Assembly (NCBI GenBank): GCA_030141605.1
Contig: JAQGDQ010000894.1
Span: forward strand, 1 to 64,000
Source of the DNA: Tubiluchus corallicola
Taxonomy: Eukaryota > Animalia > Priapulida
Reading direction: 5' to 3'
DNA: 64,000 nucleotides
The translations under genes and the position numbers were made by a program. Positions 12,835 through 25,526 of the stretch are shown here, in pieces. Positions within the stretch are counted from its first letter, which is position 1, and every line of letters begins with the position of its first letter. The notes beneath the pieces are model-generated. The model saw only the letters and a program-made list of their open reading frames with translations, searched no databases and was not told the DNA's origin.

Positions 12835-14525
12835 GAAGAAAAAGGAGAGTAGAGAGGGGGAGGGAGGCAAAGGCGAAAAGAAGAGAGAACGAAAGTGAGA
12901 AAGAAAGAAAGAGGGAACAGGGAAAAGAGAGAGACAGTGAGAAGAGAGAGAAATAAAAATAGGGAAAGAGGAATCGTGGAAAGAGAGAAAGAGAGAGAAG
13001 TGAATAGAGGAAAGTTGCACTTTGAGCCAAATGAGCCTGTGGGTGAAATGCGGAGTGACTTAAAGTCAAGGACCGTAGTTCAGTTTGTAAAGCAGCTAAA
13101 GAGATAAAAATTGGCGGATGCTTTTCACGACAATGATAAATGTAGCTGTAAATGACATATTCTGGGAATTTGGCAAGAAAACTAAATAAACTGGTAGCCT
13201 AATGCTTCACATTCCGGACTAGTTTTTCTAATAACGAAATTTACTTTAAGAAATAAAGAACCGTCTCTAACTGTCTCTTGTTTCACGGTTAGCAATGTCG
13301 CATTTTGCGTTGAAGTTACTGAGAATTTTCTATGGAATTTAAAATAGACTTTAATATAATTTAATATAAATATATTTTGCAATGTAGATAGATGTCCCCT
13401 TCAATGTGGATCGCATGGATCATGTAAAAGATGGGGATCATCATATAGGTGCGAATGTGACAGTGGATGGAGTGGAACCAATTGTGGATCAAGTGGTAAG
13501 AATCCGTTAATATTCTATCCAGTATACTGGGTGTATTGACATTGTATCGATAAATGGACACCACTTGTTTTGATACATTTAAACATGTATAATTTGATAA
13601 TCAAATGACATGCATTGTTCGGTGGTGCATTGTGATGTTTAATAAAACTGTTTCATGCGGTAGAGCTATGGTAAACCCGTTGCATGTTTTAGAACCAATG
13701 ATTGTATGCATTGAGACACTGGTGTCAGTGTAGGGATATTCGTTAGTGACCGGTAGTAAAGTAACAGAGAAAAAAGTCACAGGAAAAGGTCACCATTCTG
13801 ACTAGGGAAAAATCACAGGAAAAAGTCACAGTTTTGGTTAGAAAAGAAAGTTAAGTAATCAAACAAAAATATTCCAGTCACTCACAATTTATTTAAGTAC
13901 CGTAAATAATTAAAGTAATAAAACAGAAAAGAATATACAATACATGACTTGTACATTTTGACATCACTATTTATATATGATGGCATTACATGTCTGCGAA
14001 TAAAAATCATGTTTCATTCAATGTTTTAAGGTCAGGGTCACGGTTATCTCTTTCTTCGTTTGACTTTTTTCCTGTGACTTTTTACCTGAATTCATCAATG
14101 CGGAAGTTATTGTCTATCCCAATAAACGAAGTAGGCCTCTGGGACTACTTCAACTGAGAGATTTCTTTACTTAGTTGGCTTCAATTTACTTTCATTTAGA
14201 CATCCGTGATCCGTGTTACGACAATCCTTGTGGTTACAATGGACGTTGCGTACCGGACGGCTATGACTACAAGTGCATCTGTAACACTGGCTACAGTGGC
14301 TCCAGATGTCAGGGTTCCTACGACCCTTGCTATCCCAATCCCTGCCACAATGGAGCAGTGTGCAGAGAGAACAGCTATGACAGCTACAGATGTGAATGTC
14401 CAAGTGGGTGGCGTGGAAGACACTGTGACGATAGAGATGGTAAGCTTGGCAATCATTTATTTTTGCTTCAAGAAAGTTACCTATCATTCAATGTAATAGT
14501 CATCCCGCTTTGGAAAGAGAGAAGG

Positions 14526-14592
<67 letters not shown>

Positions 14593-17500
14593 CTTTTTCT
14601 TGTTAAATGAAACTTTTCACTTTTCTAAACTTTCTAAATTGTGAATGTAGCAGTGATAATTTGTTAACTGTGACAAGGATATAAAGGTAGAAAGTGATTA
14701 TGTTCCTGCCATCATTGTACACAAATGGGTTAGCCAGATATTATTTAATTTATAGCTAAAAACAACACAACTTTATTAAAACTTTTACTTTACGAAGCTA
14801 AAAAGTTAAAATCATGCCAAATGTGCCTAATTAAGTAGTTAACAGACGCCAAATATGTAATTAATAAGCAGACCAGTATAGAAATTGACACAGTAACTTC
14901 AGCACTAATTATGTTGGCTTTTGTAAATACATAATTAGTGCTTAAGTTACTGCATCAATTTCTTTATTGGTCTGCTTATTAATTACCTATTTGGATTGTG
15001 TTAATTAGGGCATAATAGGTTCTGCCTACATAAACTGGTTGTATGTTTGTAAATTTACCACTGATGACTGGGCGTCGGCAGGTGGATTCAATGACGCACG
15101 TGCGTCCACAGAATTTTCTAAGTAAATTTTTCATGGCTAAATATTTTTTAGCAGTAAACCAAGACACACATCAACCCCCTGTTTGTGTACCCAACCCCCA
15201 AGCAGCAAGCTAATTTGCATAGGAAGTTATGTTTATGCATGTCACTTACATAGTGTCGATTCTGAACAGTGGGTGGGCTGTAAACTTAACAGTCTCAAAT
15301 CAGTTTAATGTTTTACTGTCCACCTTTTGCAGGATAGATAATCTTGACACTAAATAAATTAAGCTTAAATAATGGGTCATCCACATTGCAGTGCATTACG
15401 AACTTGATTTTGAGATGTATGACTAGTACAATAGAATACAATGAATATTACCTAGGTAAATGTAGGTAAAATGTATTTATTAATGCAGAATTTTTCATGT
15501 TTGAGGAAGTCTATGTACCAGAATTTAGATCTCATTTGAGGCCTCCAAAATGTGTTTAAATACAGAAAAATGCGTTGGTGGCAGGGGCCCCGCCCCAAAC
15601 CCTGCTGGGGGAGCTTGCAGCACTCCCCCCGAACCCCTTAGCTGCCTGTGCGTCAAATTATTTAAACTCTGGCACCGCCCATGACTGATGATGACAGCAA
15701 TAGTCTGTCGAAATGTTTGGCATGATTTTAACTTTTTAACTTTGTAAAATAGAGGTCTTAATAAAGTTGTGTTGTTTTTAAATATAAATGTTTTTAAGTG
15801 CATGTGACAAAAATTGACTTGTTTAATTTAACTTTTACAGCACACGTAATTCTATTAGGCCTAATTATTTAACAGCTCACGTTTTACACATGAATTCCAG
15901 GAATTCTAGCAATGACTGATCAGTGCCCCCTTAGAAATCTGGATTACATACATTAGTTTTTATTGCTTACCTAATACTACACTATTTTCTTTACTATCTA
16001 ATAGATCCTTGCTACAGGATCGATTGTGGTTCGCACGGCTCCTGCATAGAATGGGGTAATAGCTACAAATGTGAATGCAATAGAGGTTGGGGTGGTAGTA
16101 ACTGTGACATCCGTGATGGTAAGTTAATAACTAACTTAAGTTAATACGTTTTAATAAATAATAAAATTTATTAGACCGTCTCTTTAAATTTTGTCTTTGT
16201 TTTTTAAAATTTTTACGGCGATTATTCAAAATTCATACCTTCACTTCTACAATACGAAACAAATAAAATTATTATTTCATTCAATGTAGCAGGCGTACAT
16301 GAAAATTCTGAATTTCAGCTGTATAATCAGAAACGTAAAAAAATAATTATATGAAAATGATCTCTGTTATTAAAAAAGATAATGAAGGGAGGTCCAGCAA
16401 ACCGTGGCTTATGGCAGGCCACTCATACGTATTTTCATAATCATTTTATGAAACAGTATAATTTTTATTTTAGTTGTTAGTCGTTAGTAATTTTGTACAC
16501 TACTATTATAAGATTAAAATTTACTGCTTGTTCCAAGAAAACGTTAAAATGTCATGCCTCCTCATACGGACTATATTCTATACGGGACGTTAGATTATCG
16601 AAAATCTGTATCAATCTTTTTTTAAATCAAAATATAAAAAGTTTATAATAAATCCATATTTATAACTAGATAACTCTAAAATAGGAACTTTGGTCACAAA
16701 ACTGTAGCGTTTTCTTGGAACAAGCAGTGGATTTTAATCTTAGAATAGTAGTGTAAAAAATTACTAACAACAAACAACTAAAATAAAAATTATACTGTTT
16801 CATAAAATTGTTATGAAAATACGTATGAGTGGCCTGCCATAAGCTACGGCTGCTTAGGCCTTCCTTCATTATCTTTTTTAATAACAGTGATCATTTTCAT
16901 ATAATAATTTTTTACTTTACTGATTATATAATGTATTTCAAATTTGGGTGCCAATTAATGTGATTATGATATATGTTAAATGAATAAATTATTTTGAATT
17001 TGAATATTTTGAATTGCTTGTTTTCCTGCCTGTTCCCACTTTTCCACGTTAGTAATGCAAGCTTCCTATGACTGCTTATTTATTAACTTTGATTTGATTT
17101 ACGATTTTATTGCTCTTGTTAGAGGCCATAATTCTAGACAAAATAAACGCACGTGCAGCTTGCTTCTTCTGTTTAGATGTTTTTTATTCTTTCATTTCTT
17201 CTGTTCAGCAAACCCATTATTACAACTTTTCATAGAAAATAGACATCAGCTCGCTTCTCAAACTTCTAGCTGCCACAAAAATAAATTACCCGTAAATATC
17301 TCTTTTTTATCCTGTGCAAGACACAATTCTGATCTTTGTGGAAATTGTTCAACCTGTTTTACAGGTAGCTTGATTAAATTTTATCCCGAATCCGGACTTG
17401 ACAGGAAACTGACGCCCATCTATTTGCATTTCTTAATCCTTATCTAGTTATTTGTATTTTGCTGTGTTTAGTTTGTCACGTTTTGTAAGTAATTTTAAAA

Positions 17501-20500
17501 TTTATTTTGCAGTATTATTTGCATTTATCATCCACAGTGTCTGTCTTTTCGGCATTTCTTTGAAAATATTTTGGGATTAAGTTGAAAATGTTCGATGACA
17601 AGCCAGAGCCATATTACTGTATTATAATTGTGTTATTTTATAGCAGATTATCATATTAAGTTACTTAAAAAGTTTAACGCAGAAATTTTAGTTTGGGTTT
17701 TTTTATCGCGCATGCGAAATGGGAGATTGCTAGCTGCTTACTTCAAAAGTCGCTCAAGGGCATTTTCTGCCTAGCAATCGAATGTAGTGTGTGTGGCGAT
17801 GCCCTGTCACTTCGCCCAACTTTCAGAGCTAATTTAATTATCTATAATTTATTTGTATATCGAAAATCGTAAAACTTGCCACAAAAATTTGTATATTGAT
17901 ATCTTCTGTATTACACAACTTGCGGTGTGAAACAAAAACTTCTACGACAATTTCACAAACAAAGACGCTAACGAAACTTTTATAACACTAGTAATCTAAA
18001 CAAGCATGTCCGCTCCTTTACACTCGTCTCCTGCAGACCCGTGCGCGCCGAATAGTCCCCGGTCACGTGATCATTCTGATTGCGTCAGCACAGTGTGCAA
18101 CACGACAATGATGTTTGCCATACAGCAGATCATAGTATTTGTATTATGTCCCATTGTTTTCCTAACAAATTGCTCGAGCGTAGCAATCTTTCCCTCTCTC
18201 TGCGCATGCGTAACATTTAAATACATGTTTCGCTACGCTACTATAGATACTTGTGTAAAATGGAGCAACCAAAAATCACTGAATCAAAAAGAATAAACTT
18301 ATATGAGAACAGGAACTTATTCTCATTCTTCTACTATTTTTATGCGTAATATAGTAACTGTTGAGTTTGACTATAGTCTTGAGGTCCATTCTAAGTTTCT
18401 GAATTTAACCAAAAATATTTGTTCAACAGATCCATGTGTTCCTAATCCCTGCTTCAATTCTGGCGTATGCTACCCAGACAGTTCTTTAGCCAGTGGTTAT
18501 AGATGTTCTTGCTCTGTGGGCTGGTCAGGTCCACTATGCCAGCAGCAAATAAATTACGACCCATGCAGAAGAAACTTTTGTCACAATGGGGCAGTTTGCA
18601 TTCCACTTGCCAGAGAAGACCGGACCTCGGACGCAAACCGGTACCTCTGTGAATGTAAACCAGGTTGGACCGGTCAGTACTGCGATGAAGAAGAAATTAT
18701 TGATGTAGACCCTTGTGAAAGAAACTACTGTCATAATGGTGGCTTGTGTGTCCCACTCCATAGAGACAAATGGATACCCAATACTGACCAGTACATTTGT
18801 CAGTGCCTACCAGGATGGACTGGCCAGTACTGCGATGAAGAAGTTGTTGATCCTTGTGATAATCACCGCTGCAAAAATGGAGCTGGATGCATTCCGTTAT
18901 CCAGGAACGAATGGATTGAAGGAAGCCAGAATTATCGTTGTTCATGCACCTCTGGTTACAGTGGACGCTTCTGCAATCAGTATGACCCATGTCACTCTCA
19001 TGTATGCATTCATGGATCATGTAGGCCTTTGTCCTCTGATAGGTGGGGATCGGGGGGCTTGGACTACTTATGCGAATGTGAACCAAACTGGACAGGCGAC
19101 TATTGCGATACTTCAGATATTTGTTATGACAATCCCTGCAGAAATGGAGCCCAATGTCAACCAGATGGTAACGGCTACCGTTGTCAGTGTACTGAAGGTT
19201 GGACTGGAACACACTGTGATGTTAGAAATGGTAAGGCAGAACGCAAAGTGGCTGCAAAGTGACATTTCGCTATCTCACTCACCCACTAGCCTTTCAAGTA
19301 GCTGCACGCCATTAAAAATTGCTAGTTGCATTAAGCTTGCATTTGACAGAATAGGATTGAATGTGTACCTGCATGATAACACAATTAAAATACAGTAATC
19401 TAAGTGGCTGTCACAAAGTTTCTATATTTCTTCATCACTGATGCAGAGTGAATGTTAAGATCATCCATGAACATGACACTGATCGGTATTCAATAGACCA
19501 ACTCCTCTATTTATTCTTATGCCAGTTATTTAAACTTTCGCCTGTAGCAAAACGTCGTCATTATCCACAGACGTAATAGTGCCCCGATGTTATTCGCGCT
19601 GGTGTAGTTAATTTTTCTTTAGAAAAGGTAAAAGGTTCTTCCGCAAAACAACAGAAGCAAGAGAGGCGAGCAGTATTCCAGATAGTCTGGGTCTGGATAA
19701 TTGACCCCCTACTGTGCTTTGATATAATAAATTGTTCTATCACCCGTTGTTTTTGTGCCCCTCACAAAAGGATAGGTATCACCCTGTAATTCATCAGGAT
19801 GTGCCTACCGGCCGTATTTAAAATTTAATAAACTTGAATTTTCACTAGTTTTTATATCTGTAATACATAAAAAAGTGCTTCGACATCTGACTGACAGAAA
19901 TCAGTGGAATGACTGAGCAACAAAAGGACATGTCAGAAAAACTATTTTTATGGAATTACGTTGCAAATTTAAGCGCATTTTAGAGCACACTAAATGTCAC
20001 TTCAATAGTTTTTTGTAGCAGCTTTGATTGCTTTACATGCTTTCGCTTTTTCGCACGTTAGATCCCTGCTATCCAGATCCTTGTGGTAGCCACGGCACTT
20101 GCTACGCTTACGACTCTTATAAAGGTCATGGTGATAGATACTACTGTACATGTGATGATGGCTATTATGGGGATTACTGTGACGACTATCGTGGTAAGCA
20201 CTTATTTTGAAACCAATGATCATCAGTCAGCTGTCACTGATTTGTATGAAAATAAGCAAAATTAAGGATGTTTATCTGTTTTTGAAAATCGACATCTTCT
20301 GCTTTCTTCATATTCACATTCAGATAATTTTTTTATCTCTTCTAACACGCGAAAGAATCAAGTACATAGCAAGATAAGTTATTAGTGTAAGAGAAAGGGT
20401 GGCGAAAAAAACCCTAGAGGTTAGCGAATCAGCCACCCTTTTAGTTAAAGTTATTACAAGCAACCTAGTGACGATTTAAAATGGGATGAAACAAAGAAAA

Positions 20501-23500
20501 TCCTGTCAAACTGAAAAAATGTAATAATGAAGAAATATATAACAAAGAAATGAATGAAACTAGTTTTAAGTGACAGAGCAAAACGCAAAAACAAAATAAA
20601 AAACAAAACAGACATAAGCAAAACAGATTAAGCAACAAAACAAAAACTATCAGAAGTGGATAAACTTATAAAGTCACAATAAATAATAACGGATATAAAA
20701 ACAAGCATACATAAATACTTAAAGCAAAACTAAAAACTCAAATAAACACTGAAAACATAAACTGAAGGAACCAACTCCATTTTTGTTTCATTAATTCGCC
20801 AAACATTACAAAACGACTACCTACTTTCTTTCAGATCCTTGCTATGGTATTGACTGTGGATCGCACGGGTACTGCAAAGTTTGGGGTAGTAGTTACAAAT
20901 GCGAATGCAACAGTGGTTGGGGTGGAAGTTACTGTGACGTCCGTGATGGTAAGTTTAGTTTAGTCGTAGTATTATGTTTTTTCTTTTTCTTGTATTTAAC
21001 AAGATTTGTGTTTAAGTAGGAGGCATTTGTGGATCACAAACGGCAAAGTTTGCAATCTTTTTATCATTTCTATCTTTAGATCCATGCTATGGCATTAGTT
21101 GTGGTTCCTACGGCTACTGTGAAGCATGGAGGGATACATACAGATGCGTGTGCAACACTGGCTGGAGTGGAAGTCGTTGTGACCATCAGGACATTATCCA
21201 TGGTAATTTTAGAGTCATAGTAGTGCAGACTTTGACATCTCGTTTCTTCTCATTTCTTAGTTTTTCGCATCTTTCAGTTTCTTTCTGAATGTTTTTAATC
21301 GTGGTAAGACGGCTGCAGTTTATTTTCAAATTAATTCTGGTAAAGGGCAGCAGATCTTTCAAAAACTCTGTTATAGCTTACGAATGAATTGCTTATAATA
21401 TTAAGTCATTTTTGTGCTGCATTAATAAAGTAATACATTAAAGTGTAATATTTCCTTGTAGTGAATTTCATGTAGTTCGGTGCTATGCTAGGGCCTTGCA
21501 CTATTGGCACTACTAATTATCAGTAGTGCTCAAGCTTGTGTGCGTGTTTAAAACTAAAAAAACACGAAATTTATAGTAATAATGAAGGCATTAGCTGAGT
21601 GGTCACGGTGACCGCTAACAAATTTAAGATAATCATTGAGTTTAGCACTTGCTCTGGATAGTTGCATTCCTTTTGTGCCTCGGTTTTTTATCTCACTGAA
21701 ATACCTTTGTTGTCTCATTATCTCACCTTAGAGGATTAGTGGGAGTACTAGCGTAGATTTCAGCTTAAAGAGTTGATTACTTTAACTTAATAAAAAATAT
21801 AACTTTATTATTATTATTATTATGAGTTTATTCAAAAAAATACAACTTTATTCAACATTTGGAACAAGAAAATTGTCAACTAAAAACTCCGACAAAGCTG
21901 CGACAATGTCCGAAATCTTTTGCATTATGCTGCCATAAAAACATGTGGTTGTCTATCGTAAAATACGAAACGAAACAATTAGTCTTGATAATGAACCAGA
22001 TTTCATGAGCCACTTAGAGTAGGGCCAGCTGTAGTGCTGCAATCTGGTTCTCAGAATGGCAAACTACACAATAAAGTGCACAGGTGAATGCTCTATTGTT
22101 TTTCAGATCCCTGCTATAATGTTGATTGTGGTTCTCATGGCTACTGTGAAGTTTGGGGCACATCTTACAAATGCAAATGCAACACTGGTTGGAGAGGCGA
22201 TAGATGCGACTATCGAGATGGTAAGACCATGATTTCCATCTGGCACTGACTGTCTCATTTAAAACACATCAACTATAAAATCGTGAGCACATTTATCTGA
22301 CAGGTGCTTTTTTTCTTTTCAGATCCTTGTTACAATGTTGATTGTGGTTCTCATGGCTACTGTGAAGTTTGGGGCACATCTTACAAATGCAAGTGCAACA
22401 GTGGTTGGAGGGGTGACAGATGCGACTATCAAGATGGTAAGATATGGCTTTTTAGTGGCACTTTATACAAAGGCCATTGAATAAGGTATAATGCGAGAAC
22501 ATCCAGCTGACTGGGGCTTTCTTGTTTTTAGATCCTTGCTATGATGTAGACTGTGGCTCTCACGGCTACTGTGAAGTCTGGGGCACATCCTATAAATGCA
22601 AGTGCAACGCTGGTTGGAGTGGCAACCGTTGTGATACCGGCAATGGTTAGTTTTCTGCATTATTAATTTTGTTGAAAGAAAGCGAATATGTGATGAGAAT
22701 TAGTTCTTAGAGTGTTTTGCAAGTTTAAATTTAAAGAATGAAATTTGAATACATTACGAATAAAGTTTTGAAAATTGTTGCTAATAATTATTGTGCTTCT
22801 TGTTTCAGACCCCTGCTATCCTAATCCATGTCGTAATGGAGGTATTTGTCGGGTACATGCTCCAGATAGCTATAAGGATGACGAACTTTTCTCATGCTCG
22901 TGCCCATCAGGATGGACGGGAACATTGTGCACAGTGACCATTTCTCATGGTAACAGATTTCTTTCTGAATTAATAGATAATTATAATGCACCTTTAACTC
23001 TTGACCTGTTTAAAACACAGTCAATGACGCTTCGTGAGTAGGTAAAATTAAAGTGCACACGTAATTCTTTGTTTCCATAGATCCCTGTTATGGTGTCTCC
23101 TGTGGCTCCCATGGTACGTGTGAAGTTTGGGGTAGCAAGTACAAATGCAAATGTTACACCGGATGGAGTGGAAGCTTGTGCGACCACGAAGACATCGTCC
23201 ATGGTAAGTTTTTTTCCAGTTTTGGTTTGGTATGGCACAGGTTCACTGCTTCAAGTGACTGATTTAGTGGTGAAAACTTTGTCAATTGCCATATTTATTA
23301 TAAGTAATTGGTTTGTTTGCTTCATTAATCCATGTTTTTGTGTCAGATTATTAAAGGATTTTGCTGCTAGACATCAAAACCTGTTTGTTTCCTTGTTATG
23401 GCTTTAATTTCAAGGTCACAGTTTCCATGCAGCAATAAGTAATAGTAGAGAGAATGCACCTAACTGAGGTTTTATTTTCTTTCAGATCCTTGCTATGGTG

Positions 23501-24442
23501 TAGATTGTGGTTCTCATGGTTACTGTGAGGTTTGGGGTTCATCTTATAAGTGCAAATGCAACAGTGGCTGGGGTGGAGATCGTTGCGGTCGAAGAAGTAA
23601 GTTGGCCTTGTAATTTTTGATTAGTTGTTCAAATAAATAAATGCTCTAACCAGAGCCTGATTAAGGTGTGTTGTGCCCTAAGCACACCCACCACCTGGTG
23701 CCCTGGCTGTCTCCTTTGCCTCTTTCGTGACTCAACACATACAAATGTGATACATATTATGCGCCATTGTTATATAAAAATAACTCCATTGCTCTATGTG
23801 GGATTTAAGCCTATGCCACTTGAATTCTTTATTGACCTCAAAATGAAATGTTAACTAAATAAATCAGCTACAAAAAGGTATGATGCCTACCAACAGCAAA
23901 AAATAATCACTGTCCTTTAGCTATCTACCTCACATTTTGAAGTATATAAGACTTTCATGATTTTTAACATACTTTGTTAAAATTTTCATCTGTTTTCCAT
24001 GTACATGTATTATTTTTTGCCAGCTTGGTGCCCCCTGAGCCTTGGTTTCCTAAGCACGGCCCTAGCTTTAACAAATATTGAATGTAGTTGTTTGCCCCAG
24101 AAGCTTTTGTGCTGATTAATGCATCCTAAGCACCACCAAATCCTCAAGATGGTGGTCAATTTGTCAACCATGTTGAAGATCCCGGTGCAGTATTTCATTC
24201 TCTCTGGTATTAAAGCTTTAAACTTCACGAATAATTAAAAAATAACAGAAAATACTTTTTTCATAAAATCAGAAGACAAATGTCGGCTCCCGTGCAAAAA
24301 TGGAGGACGATGCGTAAGGGTTGGAAATAAAAAGACTTGTCGTTGTCCCAAGGGTTGGAGTGGCAAATTTTGTGAAGTTCGTAGAGTGCCCTCCCCTTGC
24401 AGTGGAGGCTTGTATAGTAACTGTGGCAATCAGTGGTGGTAA
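9939..24442 (+). CDS. Gene A: secreted multi-EGF-repeat protein (signal peptide, DPSFFGKV motif, 21 EGF-like domains, ~940 aa)
   Basis: Exons: (AT 9939-9940), 10870-11018, 12404-12553, 13388-13495, 14200-14439, 16005-16118, 18430-19230, 20062-20193, 20835-20948, 21080-21202, 22107-22220, 22323-22436, 22532-22645, 22809-22949, 23081-23203, 23486-23596, 24273-24442, with a possible further or alternative last exon at 25495-25526. All are GT-AG, and internal EGF exons are phase 1/1 with lengths divisible by 3. Confidence 0.85.
10870..11018 (+). CDS. Gene A signal-peptide exon
   Basis: tttag acceptor; ATG at 10874: [48 protein letters not shown]; donor g|gtaag. Confidence 0.88.
11078..11692. mobile_element. 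Dispersed non-autonomous DNA element (Kolobok-like family 1), copy in gene A intron
   Basis: Aligns by eye with 38540-39078 and 43520-43920; termini ggaagacaggatga ... tccggttttgctttaa. Confidence 0.7.
12404..12553 (+). CDS. Gene A EGF exon (EGF1)
   Basis: [50 protein letters not shown]; ttccag acceptor, gtttgt donor. Confidence 0.9.
12741..13010. repeat. (GA)n / purine-rich microsatellite
   Basis: Seen directly; another (GA)n lies at 14517-14592. Confidence 0.9.
13388..13495 (+). CDS. Gene A EGF exon (EGF2)
   Basis: [36 protein letters not shown]; gtaag donor. Confidence 0.88.
13750..14090. mobile_element. MITE-like element with repeated aaaaagtcacaggaaaa terminal motifs
   Basis: Left-end motifs are the reverse complement of tgacttttttcctgtgactttttacc at ~14061-14086. 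Confidence 0.55.
14200..14439 (+). CDS. Gene A exon with two EGF domains (EGF3-4)
   Basis: [17 protein letters not shown]...[14 protein letters not shown]...CDDRD; 240 nt, phase 1/1. Confidence 0.92.
16005..16118 (+). CDS. Gene A EGF exon (EGF5)
   Basis: [38 protein letters not shown]. Confidence 0.9.
16322..16930. mobile_element. Foldback element with ~225-bp inverted arms
   Basis: 16322-16545 is the imperfect reverse complement of 16706-16930. Confidence 0.85.
18430..19230 (+). CDS. Gene A large exon with six EGF domains (EGF6-11)
   Basis: 801 nt inside ORF 18303-19262; caacag acceptor, g|gtaagg donor; six C1-C6 motifs. Confidence 0.93.
20062..20193 (+). CDS. Gene A EGF exon (EGF12, Tyr-rich type)
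   Basis: [44 protein letters not shown]. Confidence 0.9.
20835..20948 (+). CDS. Gene A EGF exon (EGF13)
   Basis: [38 protein letters not shown]. Confidence 0.9.
21080..21202 (+). CDS. Gene A EGF exon (EGF14)
   Basis: [41 protein letters not shown]. Confidence 0.9.
22107..22220 (+). CDS. Gene A EGF exon (EGF15, contains RGD)
   Basis: [38 protein letters not shown]. Confidence 0.9.
22323..22436 (+). CDS. Gene A EGF exon (EGF16, contains RGD)
   Basis: [38 protein letters not shown]. Confidence 0.9.
22532..22645 (+). CDS. Gene A EGF exon (EGF17)
   Basis: [38 protein letters not shown]. Confidence 0.9.
22809..22949 (+). CDS. Gene A EGF exon (EGF18)
   Basis: [47 protein letters not shown]. 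Confidence 0.9.
23081..23203 (+). CDS. Gene A EGF exon (EGF19)
   Basis: [41 protein letters not shown]. Confidence 0.9.
23486..23596 (+). CDS. Gene A EGF exon (EGF20)
   Basis: [37 protein letters not shown]; a|gtaag donor. Confidence 0.9.
24273..24442 (+). CDS. Gene A basic EGF21 plus short C-terminal tail
   Basis: [56 protein letters not shown]; the 3' boundary is ambiguous because a gtaag donor overlaps the stop. Confidence 0.8.
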
Positions 24443-24799
24443 GAGAACTTGTGCAGAGCCTTTCCCTTTGCTTGCTGGTATCACGCATGGCAGAATTCAC
24501 CACTATTTGCTTTTTGCACGCAACGTAGGGGAGAAATATTTCTCTCTCTCATTTTAGAACAAGTACTACAGATGCCTTAGAAAGTGCTAGTGTGAATTAG
24601 ATTTTCGTGCTTGCTAAATTATGATAGCACCAAAATGCTGCATACATGCTGACTTCACAAACGAAACTACAAATTTACTATTCTTCATCTAAGTGAGTGC
24701 TTTCTTGAGACTTTGCTTGAAAATTGCTCAGGGACGTGGTCCTTCAAAACAATGGCAGTGACGTAGTGTGGCATTCAAAAGAATGATATTCAAACCGCT

Positions 24800-24959
24800 G
24801 AGCTCTGCAGAGCCTCCGAAGGGACATGGTGAAAAAATTTAATTCGTTTAATCCATGCGCACGAAATACTAATTAAAAAATATTAAAAATTTATATTTAT
24901 ATTTATATGAAATATTAAAATTTGTTTCACAATGTCTTGTCAGGGGCTCCGTAGAACTC
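24800..24959. mobile_element. Short MITE with ~35-bp imperfect TIRs
   Basis: gagctctgcagagcctccgaagggacatggtgaaa versus the reverse complement of the right end, gagttctacggagcccctgacaagacattgtgaaa. Confidence 0.65.
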
Positions 24960-25494
24960 TATCCACATGGTCAGTTTTCTCTGACAGTTTGCACGTAATT
25001 ATTTGTTGAGGGGGTGTTCTTCTCTGTTATTCCTGAAATGGTGTTAATGCGGTCTGTGTGAAAACGTGACTTGTTTTAGCAGGTGGATTTAAAAAGGAAA
25101 ATTAAAGCCATTGCTCATTTCCAATCAGTACAGTGATTTAAAAAGATTCAAACTTAAATTTGATATAGTAAAATTTTATAGTAAAACGTTGATTAGTAGT
25201 TTTGCCTATTTAAAGCAGTAAGAATCTTCTATAAAGTTAACTTAACTGTATTGACTTTTCTGTATGCCTTCCGTTAGAAAAAGTGAATTGTGCTATCCTA
25301 CATTGTCTTGGGTGAAAATTGCTGAGTTGCTACTGTGATCTAAAGTTTTCAATTATATTACTATGCCTTGGAGTAGAAATTGCAGAATCAGACTAGATTA
25401 CAGAACTGAACTAGATTGCGCCTGCGCCACTCTCACACTATTACGTCATTAATGAGTGTGTAAGCGCAACTTATATATGTTTATTCTTTTTCAG

Positions 25495-25526
25495 AAATTG
25501 GCATCGACAATTGGAGCAGTTGGTAA
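25495..25526 (+). CDS. Probable last exon of gene A (short coding tail xIGIDNWSSW* or 3'UTR start)
   Basis: Strong ttctttttcag acceptor; phase-1 reading gives an aromatic end plus double stop (taatag) as in genes B and C; AATAAA at ~26101. Confidence 0.5.

Noticed and set aside
18038-18120. cag|ac ccg tgc... 'DPCAPNSP' looks like the start of an EGF exon
   Set aside because: Cys spacing does not fit EGF and there is no phase-1 donor at the expected distance.
18697-19398. Long alternative-frame and antisense ORFs over EGF exons
   Set aside because: Shadow ORFs produced by the repetitive codon pattern of the real EGF frame.
10870-24442. Gene A as Notch, Delta/Serrate, crumbs or fibropellin
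   Set aside because: No TM, DSL, LNR, laminin-G, CUB or avidin domain and no Ca-binding EGF consensus. Similarity would only reflect generic EGF repeats, so no gene symbol is given.
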